Assembly (NCBI GenBank): GCA_028713575.1
Contig: JAQTOB010000001.1
Span: forward strand, 30,001 to 62,000
Length of the DNA: 32,000 bases
Reading direction: 5' to 3'
Source of the DNA: Patescibacteria group bacterium
GTDB lineage: Bacteria > Patescibacteriota > Patescibacteriia > UBA2591 > UBA6264
Shown here: positions 15,926-23,919 of the stretch, in pieces
How the letters are laid out: every line of letters begins with the position of its first letter
Numbering within the stretch: position 1 is the first letter of the stretch
Program-made: the position numbers and the translations under genes
Notes under the pieces: generated by a model
What the model was told of the DNA's origin: nothing
Seen by the model: the letters and a program-made list of their open reading frames with translations, nothing else
Database searches by the model: none

Positions 15926-17443
15926 TTATCTGGCGTATTCCGTAACTCTGTTTTCCCTAACAACGGTCACTTTAATTTCTCCTGGATATCTTAACTCCTC
16001 TTCAATTCTATCGGCTATTTCTCGGGCTAATTTATAAGCGCCCAAATCATCAATCTCTTGAGGAAGAACAAAAACTCTTAATTCACGCCCCGCTTGAATA
16101 GCATAAGCTCTTTCTACTCCTGAAAAACCTTTAGCTAAAACCTCTAATTCCTCCAGGCGTTTTAAATATTCTTCATAGGTGTCCCTTCTCGCCCCTGGTC
16201 TGGCCCCGGAAATAGCATCAGCAACTTTTACAATAATAGCCTCCAGTGTCGGCGGATGATCTTCATGGTGAGTAGCGATAGGAATGATGACTTCTTTGGA
16301 AAGTCCGTATTTTTCACCTAAATCTTTGCCAATTTCCGGATGAGTGCCCTGTACTTCAAAGTCAATCGCTTTTCCAATGTCATGAACCAATCCCGCTTTT
16401 TTGGCTACCGCGACATCTGCCCCCAATTCATGAGCCAACATTGCGGATAAATGAGCCACCTCTATAGAATGAATCAAAACATTTTGCCCATAACTAGTGC
16501 GATATTTTAACCGACCCAAAAGCTGAATAAGCTTTGGGTCTAATCCGGCAATTCCGGTTTGATAAAGCGCGTCTTCTCCCGCCTTTCTGATATCTTTGGC
16601 TAGTTCAATTTTTGTCTCTTCCACAATTCTTTCTATTCTTGAGGGTTGAATTCGTCCGTCACTAACCAATTTTTCCAAAACCAATTTTCCAAGCTGACGC
16701 CGGATTGGATTAAAAGCTGAAACAAAAACCGTTTCCGGGGTATCATCAACAATAATCTCCGCCCCAGTTAATTGTTCAACCACTTTAATGTTTCTCCCTT
16801 CTCTTCCAATAATTCTCCCTTTTACTTCATCAGAAGGAATGGAAATAGTGGCCGTGGTTGTTTCGGCTGTATGTGCTGAAGCGTATCTTTCTATCACACC
16901 GGTAATCAATTCTTTTGTTTTTTTCTCAATTTCATCCGCTCCATATTTTTCCAATTTTTTTATTCTTCCCAAAACATCGTCTTTCATTTTCTTTTCTATA
17001 TTCTCTAAAAGAAATTGTTTTGCTTCTTCTTCGCTCATTCCTGAAATTCTTTCTAATTCTTGTTTTGCTTCTTCATAAAGTTGCTTTATTTTTTCTTTAG
17101 CGTTTTCTAGGCGATTGGCCTTTTCAGATAAATCCTTTTGTCTTGATTCTAATTCAAAAATCTTTTTTTCAAAAAGCGCCTGTCTTTTATCTAAGCGGTC
17201 TTCCAAAATATTTAACTCCCTTCTTCTTTCCATTTCCTCCTTCTTCACTTTTTCTATAAATTTTAATGATTCTTCTTTGGCTTTAAAAAATATTTCTTGT
17301 TGTTTAATTTTAGCTTTAGCCAAAATATCCTTAGCCTTAGCTTCTGCTGATTCAGTCATTTTTTGACCCATCAAACGACGGAAAAACCAACCAATCAGGG
17401 CTCCAACAATAAAACCCGTGGCAATAAAAATATAGTTTAACAT
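15926..17443 (-). CDS. rny: Ribonuclease Y
   Basis: N-terminal TM segment, long K/E coiled coil, KH domain 'GRIIGREGRNI' and HD domain 'HSIEVAHL...VHDIGKA'. Confidence 0.9.
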   Translation of the reverse strand: MLNYIFIATGFIVGALIGWFFRRLMGQKMTESAEAKAKDILAKAKIKQQEIFFKAKEESLKFIEKVKKEEMERRRELNILEDRLDKRQALFEKKIFELESRQKDLSEKANRLENAKEKIKQLYEEAKQELERISGMSEEEAKQFLLENIEKKMKDDVLGRIKKLEKYGADEIEKKTKELITGVIERYASAHTAETTTATISIPSDEVKGRIIGREGRNIKVVEQLTGAEIIVDDTPETVFVSAFNPIRRQLGKLVLEKLVSDGRIQPSRIERIVEETKIELAKDIRKAGEDALYQTGIAGLDPKLIQLLGRLKYRTSYGQNVLIHSIEVAHLSAMLAHELGADVAVAKKAGLVHDIGKAIDFEVQGTHPEIGKDLGEKYGLSKEVIIPIATHHEDHPPTLEAIIVKVADAISGARPGARRDTYEEYLKRLEELEVLAKGFSGVERAYAIQAGRELRVFVLPQEIDDLGAYKLAREIADRIEEELRYPGEIKVTVVRENRVTEYAR

Positions 17444-17474
17444 AGAAACAAATTAATTAATAAAATTAATAAAT

Positions 17475-17498
17475 AAAAGCCAAAATAATTTGGCTTTT
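17475..17498. terminator. Bidirectional rho-independent terminator-like hairpin (downstream of clpP)
   Basis: Perfect 10-bp stem aaaagccaaa/tttggctttt with a 4-nt loop. A/T tracts lie on both sides. Confidence 0.55.
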
Positions 17499-17522
17499 AA
17501 AAATATATTAAAATAAAATAAT

Positions 17523-18101
17523 TTATCTGCTGATAATTTTGTCAACCAAACCATATTTTTTTGCTTGTTCGGCTGACATATAAAAATCGCGGTCTGTATC
17601 TTTCTCTATTTTTTTTAATGATTGTCCTGTATGCTTGGCGAGGATTCTGTTGATTTGATCTCTAATGGTCAAAATGTGTTCCGCCCTAATTTTAATATCC
17701 GCCGCCGGGCCTTCTGTTCCACCCATAACTTGATGCAACATTACCTCTGCGTTGGGTAAAACCAATCGTTTGCCCTTTGCTCCGGCGGACAAAAGAACTG
17801 CTCCCATAGAAGCGGCCAAACCGACACAAATGGTCATTACATCTGGTTTAACATATTGTATAGTGTCATAAATAGCTAAACCGGCCGTTACCGATCCTCC
17901 GGGAGTATTAATATAGAGCTTAATATCTTTATTTTTATCCTCACTAGCCAAGAATAAAAGTTGAGCAATAACAATATTGGCAACATCATCGGTAATCGTA
18001 TCTCCGAGAAAAATTATTCTTTCTTTTAAAAGCCGAGAATATATATCATAAGCTCGTTCTCCTTGTGTAGATTTTTCAATAACTGTTGGAACGAGATACA
18101 T
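17523..18101 (-). CDS. clpP: ATP-dependent Clp protease proteolytic subunit
   Basis: 'ERIIFLG', '[16 protein letters not shown]', the catalytic Ser in 'GLAASMGA', and the His ('MLHQ') and Asp ('DRDFYM') contexts are all present. Confidence 0.9.
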   Translation of the reverse strand: MYLVPTVIEKSTQGERAYDIYSRLLKERIIFLGDTITDDVANIVIAQLLFLASEDKNKDIKLYINTPGGSVTAGLAIYDTIQYVKPDVMTICVGLAASMGAVLLSAGAKGKRLVLPNAEVMLHQVMGGTEGPAADIKIRAEHILTIRDQINRILAKHTGQSLKKIEKDTDRDFYMSAEQAKKYGLVDKIISR

Positions 18102-18272
18102 ATATAAATTAATAATTATATTTTATTTTACTTTAATAAAGTATATCAGGATATAAATGGTTGTCAAATTTACAAAGTGGATAAACTCCTCACTAAACCC
18201 ATACTCCAGATTAATAAATTTGATGTCAATATAAATTCTAGCTCATAAATCAAGGTTTAACCCAAGATGGTC

Positions 18273-18611
18273 TTATTTTCTAATCTTATCAAAAATCTTT
18301 TCTATTTTACTGGCCCTTTCTTCTGTTTGATCAAGAACAAATCTTATTCTTGGCAGAGGATAAATGATTAATCTACGATTCAACAGTCCCTGTAAATGGC
18401 CGATTTTTTTATTTATTTCTTTTAAAATTTGTTTAGCAAAAAAAATGGGGAAAACACTCACCCAAATTTTAGATTCTAACAAATCTTGGCTGGTTTCTAC
18501 TTGAGTAATAGTAATCAAAGAACCTTCCGGGGGTTCTATTTCTTTAAGAAAAATTCTACTCATTTCCCTTTTTATTAATTCGTCAATTTTTTTTGCTCTC
18601 TCTAAAGACAT
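18273..18611 (-). CDS. rbfA: Ribosome-binding factor A
   Basis: 'RAKKIDELIKREMSRIF...ITITQVETSQDLLESKIWVS' fits the RbfA pattern. Confidence 0.8.
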   Translation of the reverse strand: MSLERAKKIDELIKREMSRIFLKEIEPPEGSLITITQVETSQDLLESKIWVSVFPIFFAKQILKEINKKIGHLQGLLNRRLIIYPLPRIRFVLDQTEERASKIEKIFDKIRK

Positions 18612-19175
18612 TTAAAATCTAAAAATTGTAAAAGGTTCTTCGGTCAAATCAATGATAATGGAGGGTTGACCACTAAGTCTTTCGCCTTTTAATATAAAAT
18701 CTGTTTGATTTTTAAATTTTTTAGCTATTTTATTAATATTCAGGTCTGGTTGAAAACCGGAAACATTGGCGCTGGTGGTGGTAATGGGCATATCTTTGCT
18801 TAATTGACGACAAATTTTTGAAGCTGGAATACGCAATCCTACTTTTTCCGAACCAGCCGTGATATTATAAGGAATTTTTTTCTTTTTCTTTAAAAGAACA
18901 GTAAAGGGACCGGGTAAAATCGTCTTTATTAATTTTTCCTGTTTTTGGTTAACCCAAGCTAAATTTTTAATTTGTTTTAAGCTGGAAACCATTATAGAAA
19001 GGGGCTTTTTAAAGTCTCTCTCCTTTATTCTGAAAATTCTCTCTACTGCTTCTCTATTAAAAATATCCGCCCCTAATCCATAAAGGGTGTCTGTCGGATA
19101 AATAATAACTCCCCCGTTTTTAAGAATTTTTCTTGCTTTTTTTATATTTTTTTCAATTGATTGGCAAACCAACAT
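18612..19175 (-). CDS. tsaC: L-threonylcarbamoyladenylate synthase (YrdC/Sua5 domain)
   Basis: 'GGVIIYPTDTLYGLGADI', 'RIKERDFKKPLSIMV' and 'TTTSANVSG' are YrdC-family motifs. Confidence 0.85.
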   Translation of the reverse strand: MLVCQSIEKNIKKARKILKNGGVIIYPTDTLYGLGADIFNREAVERIFRIKERDFKKPLSIMVSSLKQIKNLAWVNQKQEKLIKTILPGPFTVLLKKKKKIPYNITAGSEKVGLRIPASKICRQLSKDMPITTTSANVSGFQPDLNINKIAKKFKNQTDFILKGERLSGQPSIIIDLTEEPFTIFRF

Positions 19176-19185
19176 AAATTAATAA

Positions 19186-19737
19186 CTATAATCCCAATAT
19201 CTCTGAAATTTTTTGCATGGCTCGCAGACTAATTTCTACAAATTCATTTAAAGATAAATTTAATTCTTGACAGGTGGCAATCGTCTCCCGATTAACGCTT
19301 TTAGCAAATCCTTTTTCTTTGTAACGATTTAAAATGTTTTCTTTTGACAAATCTTTTATTTTTTTAGAAGGCAAAACTAAGGTAGCGGCAACAATCAAAC
19401 CAGTGATGGGGTCAGCGCAAAAAAGAGCGCGAGAAATACTATCTTCTCTGGCTAAGCCGTGAATTTCATTGTGGCATTTAATCGCCCTGATAATTTCCGG
19501 TTCAAAATTATAACTCTGCAAAATTTCCGCTCCCAATAAACTGTGTTTTTGCGGATTATCTTTTGTTTGTTCGTAATCAATGTCGTGCAATAAACCAGCC
19601 AATCCCCATTTTTCTTCATTTTCCTTAAAATATTTTGCCAATTCCTTCATTACCGCCTCTACGGCTAAACAATGTTTAATTAAATTATCGTTCTTTATTT
19701 TTTTATGAATTAATTTTAAGGCCTCTTCTCTCTTCAT
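19186..19737 (-). CDS. HD-domain phosphohydrolase (HDIG-like, 183 aa)
   Basis: 'KHCLAVEAVM...GLLHDIDYE' provides the H...HD metal-binding motif. Confidence 0.7.
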   Translation of the reverse strand: MKREEALKLIHKKIKNDNLIKHCLAVEAVMKELAKYFKENEEKWGLAGLLHDIDYEQTKDNPQKHSLLGAEILQSYNFEPEIIRAIKCHNEIHGLAREDSISRALFCADPITGLIVAATLVLPSKKIKDLSKENILNRYKEKGFAKSVNRETIATCQELNLSLNEFVEISLRAMQKISEILGL

Positions 19738-19782
19738 AAATTTATTTCTAAATCCACTGGTTATTCGTAAATTTGTTTTGTT

Positions 19783-20475
19783 TTATAACAACTTAAAATT
19801 ATTGATTATTAAATTAAATTTATAACCTAAAAAATCAGCAGCCTGACGACAATAGGTCATTCTCTCGGTAAATATCTCAAAATATTCCATAATCGGGACA
19901 TATTTACGATCTATTTTAATGGTCAAAATAATTTGTTTTTTTTGCCGATTAACTTTTAAGTCCGATTTGGTGGCGGCATAGTTTACCCTATCATGAATAT
20001 CGGTTTTAAGTTCATTTTTTGACAAATCTCTAACTCTTGAACGATTAACATCTGACTTATCAGCAATAACCACAATGGCGGAAATTGGATTTGTTAATTT
20101 CATGGTATATTTATCATGATTGACGATTGCCTGCATGATGTGACTTAATTCCTTGGAAGAAAAATTTTCTTCCCCGCCGGAGGTGAATCCGCCTTTAGTG
20201 GAAAAAATCTGATGGAACAAAAGCGCGCCCCAATAATGATGACGTGAACGGCCTAAAAAATTTCCCATATCATGACAAAATCCGGCGATAGCAGATATCT
20301 CCTGTCCTCTTTTACTTAATCCTATTTCTTTAGCCATCATTTGAGCTCGACGGGAAACTAAATTAGCATGTCTTAAGCCATGTTCCGTATAACCTAAAGC
20401 ATCCATTGAAATTTCAGTTTGTCTAATAAATTCCAAAACCTGAGGATGATTTTTTACTTCTTTAAATTTTAACAT
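19783..20475 (-). CDS. HD-domain phosphohydrolase (230 aa)
   Basis: 'HGLRHANLVSRRA...GFCHDMGN' provides the H...HD motif. Specificity is unknown. Confidence 0.65.
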   Translation of the reverse strand: MLKFKEVKNHPQVLEFIRQTEISMDALGYTEHGLRHANLVSRRAQMMAKEIGLSKRGQEISAIAGFCHDMGNFLGRSRHHYWGALLFHQIFSTKGGFTSGGEENFSSKELSHIMQAIVNHDKYTMKLTNPISAIVVIADKSDVNRSRVRDLSKNELKTDIHDRVNYAATKSDLKVNRQKKQIILTIKIDRKYVPIMEYFEIFTERMTYCRQAADFLGYKFNLIINNFKLL

Positions 20476-20477
20476 AT

Positions 20478-20711
20478 TTATTCAATGTTTAATTTTTCTT
20501 TAATTTTTGACAAATCAAAGCCTAAAATCATTTCTCCATCAATTTCTGTAACCGGCACAGCCATTTGTCCGGTTTTTTTGATAAAATCATCTATCATCTC
20601 TTGGTTTTTGCTTAAATCAATCTCTTCAAATTCAATTTTTTTTTCTTTTAAAAAATCCTTTAATTGATGACAATAAAGGCACGCCGGAGACGTATATACT
20701 TTTATCTTCAT
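20478..20711 (-). CDS. Glutaredoxin-like protein (NrdH/YruB-like)
   Basis: 'MKIKVYTSPACLYCHQLKDFL' carries the CxxC motif, and 'VPVTEIDGEMILGF' is present. Start at ATG 20711. Confidence 0.8.
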   Translation of the reverse strand: MKIKVYTSPACLYCHQLKDFLKEKKIEFEEIDLSKNQEMIDDFIKKTGQMAVPVTEIDGEMILGFDLSKIKEKLNIE

Positions 20712-20784
20712 ATAATTTTTGATTAACAAATAATATGTTATTTTATCATCTTATCATCTTCCTGAGTTTTTGTCAAAATAAAAA

Positions 20785-20856
20785 TAGCCCCGAGGAGAAT
20801 CGAACTCCTGTTACCAGGATGAAAACCTGGTGTCCTAACCACTAGACGACGGGGCC
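20785..20856 (-). tRNA. tRNA-Glu (UUC), intact
   Basis: The minus-strand sequence is ggccccgtcgtctagtggttaggacaccaggttttcatcctggtaacaggagttcgattctcctcggggcta. The anticodon arm is ccagg-TTTTCAT-cctgg and the T-arm contains GTTCGATTC. The G1:U72 end pair is slightly atypical. No CCA is encoded. Confidence 0.9.
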
Positions 20857-20862
20857 TTAATA

Positions 20863-21117
20863 TTATTTCAAATTGAATCCTAACTTATTAAGCAAATTTT
20901 TTCTTTCTTGATAATATTTTTTTAACCTTATTTCCCTTTTCCTTGCTTCTGATTTACTATCATACTCCTCCCTATACATCATAATAAACGGTCTTCTGTT
21001 TTTATTGGATTTTGTTTTGCCGGCGTTATGCTCTTTTAATCTTTTTCCAATGTCATCAGTCATACCAATATAATAACCTGAATCCTTTAAACTTTTTAGG
21101 ATATATAAATAATACAT
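20863..21117 (-). CDS. Small GIY-YIG (URI-domain) nuclease family protein (84 aa)
   Basis: 'MYYLYILKSLKDSGYYIGMTDDIGKRLKEHNAG...RPF...YREEY.SKSEARKREIRLKK' matches the GIY-YIG pattern (YxYIL...YIG...R...H...E). Start at ATG 21117. The 30 codons upstream in the track ORF merely read through tRNA-derived and GC-insert sequence. Confidence 0.8.
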   Translation of the reverse strand: MYYLYILKSLKDSGYYIGMTDDIGKRLKEHNAGKTKSNKNRRPFIMMYREEYDSKSEARKREIRLKKYYQERKNLLNKLGFNLK

Positions 21118-21221
21118 ACTCCTGTTACCAGGATGCCCGCCAGGGGCAGCCTGTCCGCCTACTGGCGGAGGTCCGCCTTTGGCGGAAAAACCTGGTGTCC
21201 TAACCACTAGACGACGGGGCC
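21118..21221 (-). pseudogene. Truncated tRNA-Glu(UUC) copy (nt 1-53) interrupted in the anticodon loop by a 51-nt insert
   Basis: 21187-21221 and 21118-21135 are identical to tRNA-Glu positions 1-35 and 36-53 of the intact copy. The T-arm and 3' acceptor strand are absent. Homology stops exactly at the ATG of the GIY-YIG ORF. Confidence 0.8.
21136..21186 (-). repeat. 51-nt GC-rich triple-hairpin insert between anticodon positions 35 and 36
   Basis: The minus-strand sequence is tCCGCCaaaGGCGGaCCTCCGCCagtaGGCGGAcAGGctGCCCctggcGGG(C). It forms three consecutive GC hairpins. It shares 'cgcctttggcg'/'gaggtcc' with 5640-5658 and 'gcctgtccg' with valS 28889-28897. Confidence 0.6.
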
Positions 21222-21271
21222 AAAAATAAGAATCATTCTAACAGTTAAATATTCTAACATTTTAACAGAAT

Positions 21272-21299
21272 TTGTCAAAGTAAAAAAATCTGTTAAAAT
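21272..21299 (+). promoter_or_regulatory. Putative promoter for tsaD
   Basis: TTGTCA (21272-21277), 16-nt spacer, TAAAAT (21294-21299), about 10 nt before the ATG region. Confidence 0.3.
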
Positions 21300-21309
21300 A
21301 AGCATTGCT

Positions 21310-22416
21310 ATGAATAACAAACAAAAATTTATTATCTTGGGTATTGAGACTTCATGCGACGAAACATCAGCCGCCCTTTTGGAATATAAGAATAATCGTT
21401 TCAAAATAATTTCCAATTTGGTTTCCTCACAGATTCCCATCCACCGAAGATACGGTGGAATCATTCCGGAAATCGCCGCCCGCGCCCATCTTAAAAATAT
21501 GCCCTTAATAATCAAAAAAATTAGCCGAGAAATCAACCTAAAAAATATTGATTTAATTGCCGTTACTCGCGGTCCAGGACTAATTACCTCTTTATTAGTT
21601 GGCGTGGAAACAGCTAAAACTTTGTCTTATCTTTTTGAGAAACCTCTAATTGGCATCAATCATTTAGAGGGGCACCTTGCCGCTAATTGGCTTCCGCCAA
21701 TTAGCGGAAATCCCAAATCCGAAGTCCTAAGCCCGAAACATATATTTCCTGCGGTGAGTTTGATTGTTTCCGGCGGACATACTGAACTCGGCTTAATAAA
21801 AAAAATGGGGAAGTATGAAAGAATTGGCCAAACCAGAGATGACGCGGCCGGCGAATGTTTTGACAAAGTCGCTAAATTGCTCAATCTCGGCTATCCAGGA
21901 GGCCCAGCCATTGCCGAGTATGCCCGTCAATGGAAATCTCAAATTTCAAATACCAAATTCCATATCTCCCTGCCACGACCGATGATAAAATCCAATGATT
22001 TTGATTTCAGTTTTTCCGGTCTCAAAACCGCTGTTCTTTATCTAGTTAAAAAAAATAAGAATAAAATAAAAAATAAAGACTTTATTAAAAATGTCTGTGC
22101 TGAAACGCAACAAGCAATCATTGACGTTTTAATTTATAAAACCATTAAGGCGGTAAAAAAACATCAGGCCAAAAGCATCTTTCTGTCCGGCGGAGTAGCG
22201 GCGAACCGCGAATTAAGGGAACAACTGCGGGACAGCGTGGAAAAACTGTCCCCGCAACGGAATTTTTTGGTTCCCCCGAACAATCTTTGTACTGATAACG
22301 CCGCCATGATTGCCGCCGCCGGAGTTATAAGATACGGCATGCTTTCGCTGAAACAAAAAAAGGGACTGAAGAACGGGTGGAAAGACGTAAAAATCGATCC
22401 AAACCTAAGCCTGTAG
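21310..22416 (+). CDS. tsaD: tRNA N6-adenosine threonylcarbamoyltransferase
   Basis: 'ILGIETSCDETSAAL', 'HLEGHL' and 'VSGGHTEL' are Kae1/TsaD metal- and ATP-binding motifs. 'GGVAANRELR' is also present. Confidence 0.9.
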   Translation: MNNKQKFIILGIETSCDETSAALLEYKNNRFKIISNLVSSQIPIHRRYGGIIPEIAARAHLKNMPLIIKKISREINLKNIDLIAVTRGPGLITSLLVGVETAKTLSYLFEKPLIGINHLEGHLAANWLPPISGNPKSEVLSPKHIFPAVSLIVSGGHTELGLIKKMGKYERIGQTRDDAAGECFDKVAKLLNLGYPGGPAIAEYARQWKSQISNTKFHISLPRPMIKSNDFDFSFSGLKTAVLYLVKKNKNKIKNKDFIKNVCAETQQAIIDVLIYKTIKAVKKHQAKSIFLSGGVAANRELREQLRDSVEKLSPQRNFLVPPNNLCTDNAAMIAAAGVIRYGMLSLKQKKGLKNGWKDVKIDPNLSL

Positions 22417-22436
22417 TCTTAATACGTAAATAAAAA

Positions 22437-22455
22437 CTGAGAAACAAATTCTCAG
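22437..22455. terminator. Bidirectional rho-independent terminator between convergent tsaD and the OCD-family gene
   Basis: Hairpin ctgagaa-acaaa-ttctcag, flanked by 'taaaaa' upstream and 'tttttatttt' downstream. Confidence 0.6.
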
Positions 22456-22491
22456 TTTTTATTTTAACTCTATCTCAAATCTATATCTTAT

Positions 22492-23484
22492 CTAATTGAT
22501 TAAATCCACTCTTTTACCAATTTTTTTCTTTAGGGCCATCCTGTAAACTAGCTCCGCAGTGAACAGGTCCTGAATCGCCAGGCCGGTGGAGTCAAAAACC
22601 GTGACTTCCCTATTATTTTTTCTTCCCACTGATTTTCCGCTAACCACCTGTCCTAAAGAGGCAAAAATATCCTTTTCCCTGATTATTCCCCTTTTTAAAG
22701 GCACGTTTATCTCTCCGGAATGACTGGCCTGTGCCCAGTCGTCGATGAAAATCTTGCCTTTTTTCAGAATCATGGGATCCAGTTCTTCTTTTCCCTGGGC
22801 ATCGGCGCCGATGGCGTTGATGTGAGTTCCGGGTTTAATCCATTCTTTCCTGATAATCGGTTTTTCCGAAGGCGTAACTGTCACTAAAATATCCTGCTCG
22901 GCCGCCTCTTTCAAAGAAACGCCCTGAACCTTCAGTTTTAAGGGCTTCAGTTGATTGGCCAACCAATTTATCTTTTTCTGGTTGATGTCGGAAACAAAAA
23001 TTCTCTTTATCTTCCTGACTTGGCAAATGGCGGCGATCTGGAACAGGGCTTGGACTCCAGCTCCTGCTACGCCCAAGGTTTCAGCGTTTTTGCGAGACAG
23101 ATATTTCGTCGCCACACCGCCAGCGGCGCCGGTTCGCATGCCGGTGATGTAAGTGCCATCCAGTAAAGCGACAGGCCGGCCGGTTTTGGCATCATTTAAA
23201 ATAATAGCGGCCATGACTGTGGCTAATCCCTTTTTCGGATTTTCCGGATGGACGTTAACTATTTTTGTCCCCGCCATGTCCAGTTCTGGAGCGAAAGAAG
23301 GCATAACCCGCAAATCACCGTGATATTTTTTAAAATATAAATAATTTTTTGCCGGCATCTGGACTTTCTGGCGACCGTAACTGTCAAAGGCTCTTTCTAC
23401 TTTCCCGATCACCTTTCTAATTTCCTCTAAAGGAATGATTTTTTTAACTTGATTCTGATTTAAAATCAAAATTTTTTTTCTCAT
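22492..23484 (-). CDS. Ornithine cyclodeaminase/mu-crystallin family enzyme (archaeal-type alanine dehydrogenase-like)
   Basis: 'GDLRVMPSF...GTKIVNVHPENP', 'ITGMRTGAAGGVATKYL' and the Rossmann motif 'LGVAGAGVQA'. Start at ATG 23484. Confidence 0.8.
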   Translation of the reverse strand: MRKKILILNQNQVKKIIPLEEIRKVIGKVERAFDSYGRQKVQMPAKNYLYFKKYHGDLRVMPSFAPELDMAGTKIVNVHPENPKKGLATVMAAIILNDAKTGRPVALLDGTYITGMRTGAAGGVATKYLSRKNAETLGVAGAGVQALFQIAAICQVRKIKRIFVSDINQKKINWLANQLKPLKLKVQGVSLKEAAEQDILVTVTPSEKPIIRKEWIKPGTHINAIGADAQGKEELDPMILKKGKIFIDDWAQASHSGEINVPLKRGIIREKDIFASLGQVVSGKSVGRKNNREVTVFDSTGLAIQDLFTAELVYRMALKKKIGKRVDLIN

Positions 23485-23509
23485 AAAAACGAAGTTAGTC
23501 AATTAATAA

Positions 23510-23893
23510 TCACTTTTTAAGAGAATCTCTTATCTCTTTGAGAATTTCTATTTCCTCTGGCGGCTTAACGGGTTCTTTTTCTTCTTTCTTTTTCAGTTTG
23601 CCAAAGTAATGAACGGCAATGAAAATAGAAAAAGCAATGATTATAAAATCTATAATCGTATTAATGAAAATTCCGTAATTAATCGTAATTGCCGGAGCCG
23701 TTTCTGACGCCTTTTTTAAAACAAGCATCAAGTTTGAAAAATCAATGCCTCCCAAAAGCAAGCCGATTGGCGGCATAATAACGTCCGTGACCAGGGAGCT
23801 AACTATTTTTCCAAAGGCGCCACCAATAATTACGCCGACTGCCATATCAATCACATTTCCTTTTAAAGCAAATTTTTTAAATTCTTGTAACAT
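23510..23893 (-). CDS. mscL: Large-conductance mechanosensitive channel
   Basis: '[40 protein letters not shown]' is the canonical MscL N-terminus. Confidence 0.9.
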   Translation of the reverse strand: MLQEFKKFALKGNVIDMAVGVIIGGAFGKIVSSLVTDVIMPPIGLLLGGIDFSNLMLVLKKASETAPAITINYGIFINTIIDFIIIAFSIFIAVHYFGKLKKKEEKEPVKPPEEIEILKEIRDSLKK

Positions 23894-23919
23894 ATTTTTT
23901 TATTATTATATTATATATC

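Noticed and set aside
21136-21186. Group I or archaeal-type intron in the tRNA-Glu anticodon loop.
   Set aside because: At 51 nt it is far too short for a group I intron, and no bulge-helix-bulge geometry is evident. The host copy also lacks its T-arm and 3' end, so it cannot mature into a tRNA by simple splicing.
20863-21207. The 114-aa track ORF with N-terminus 'MVRTPGFSAKGGPPPVGGQAAPGGHPGNRS'.
   Set aside because: The first 30 codons are just a read-through translation of the truncated tRNA-Glu and its GC-rich insert. The GIY-YIG domain begins at the internal Met (ATG 21117), which is the supported start.
21207-21536. 109-aa minus-strand ORF.
   Set aside because: It overlaps the well-supported tsaD N-terminus in antisense and runs into the tRNA-derived sequence. 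Its composition is typical of an antisense artefact.
22492-23484. Horizontal transfer of the OCD-family gene inferred from elevated G+C.
   Set aside because: Hand counts of 60-nt stretches in this gene give about 48-57% G+C. Conserved stretches of rny, valS and pilB also reach about 45-50%, so composition alone does not single this gene out.
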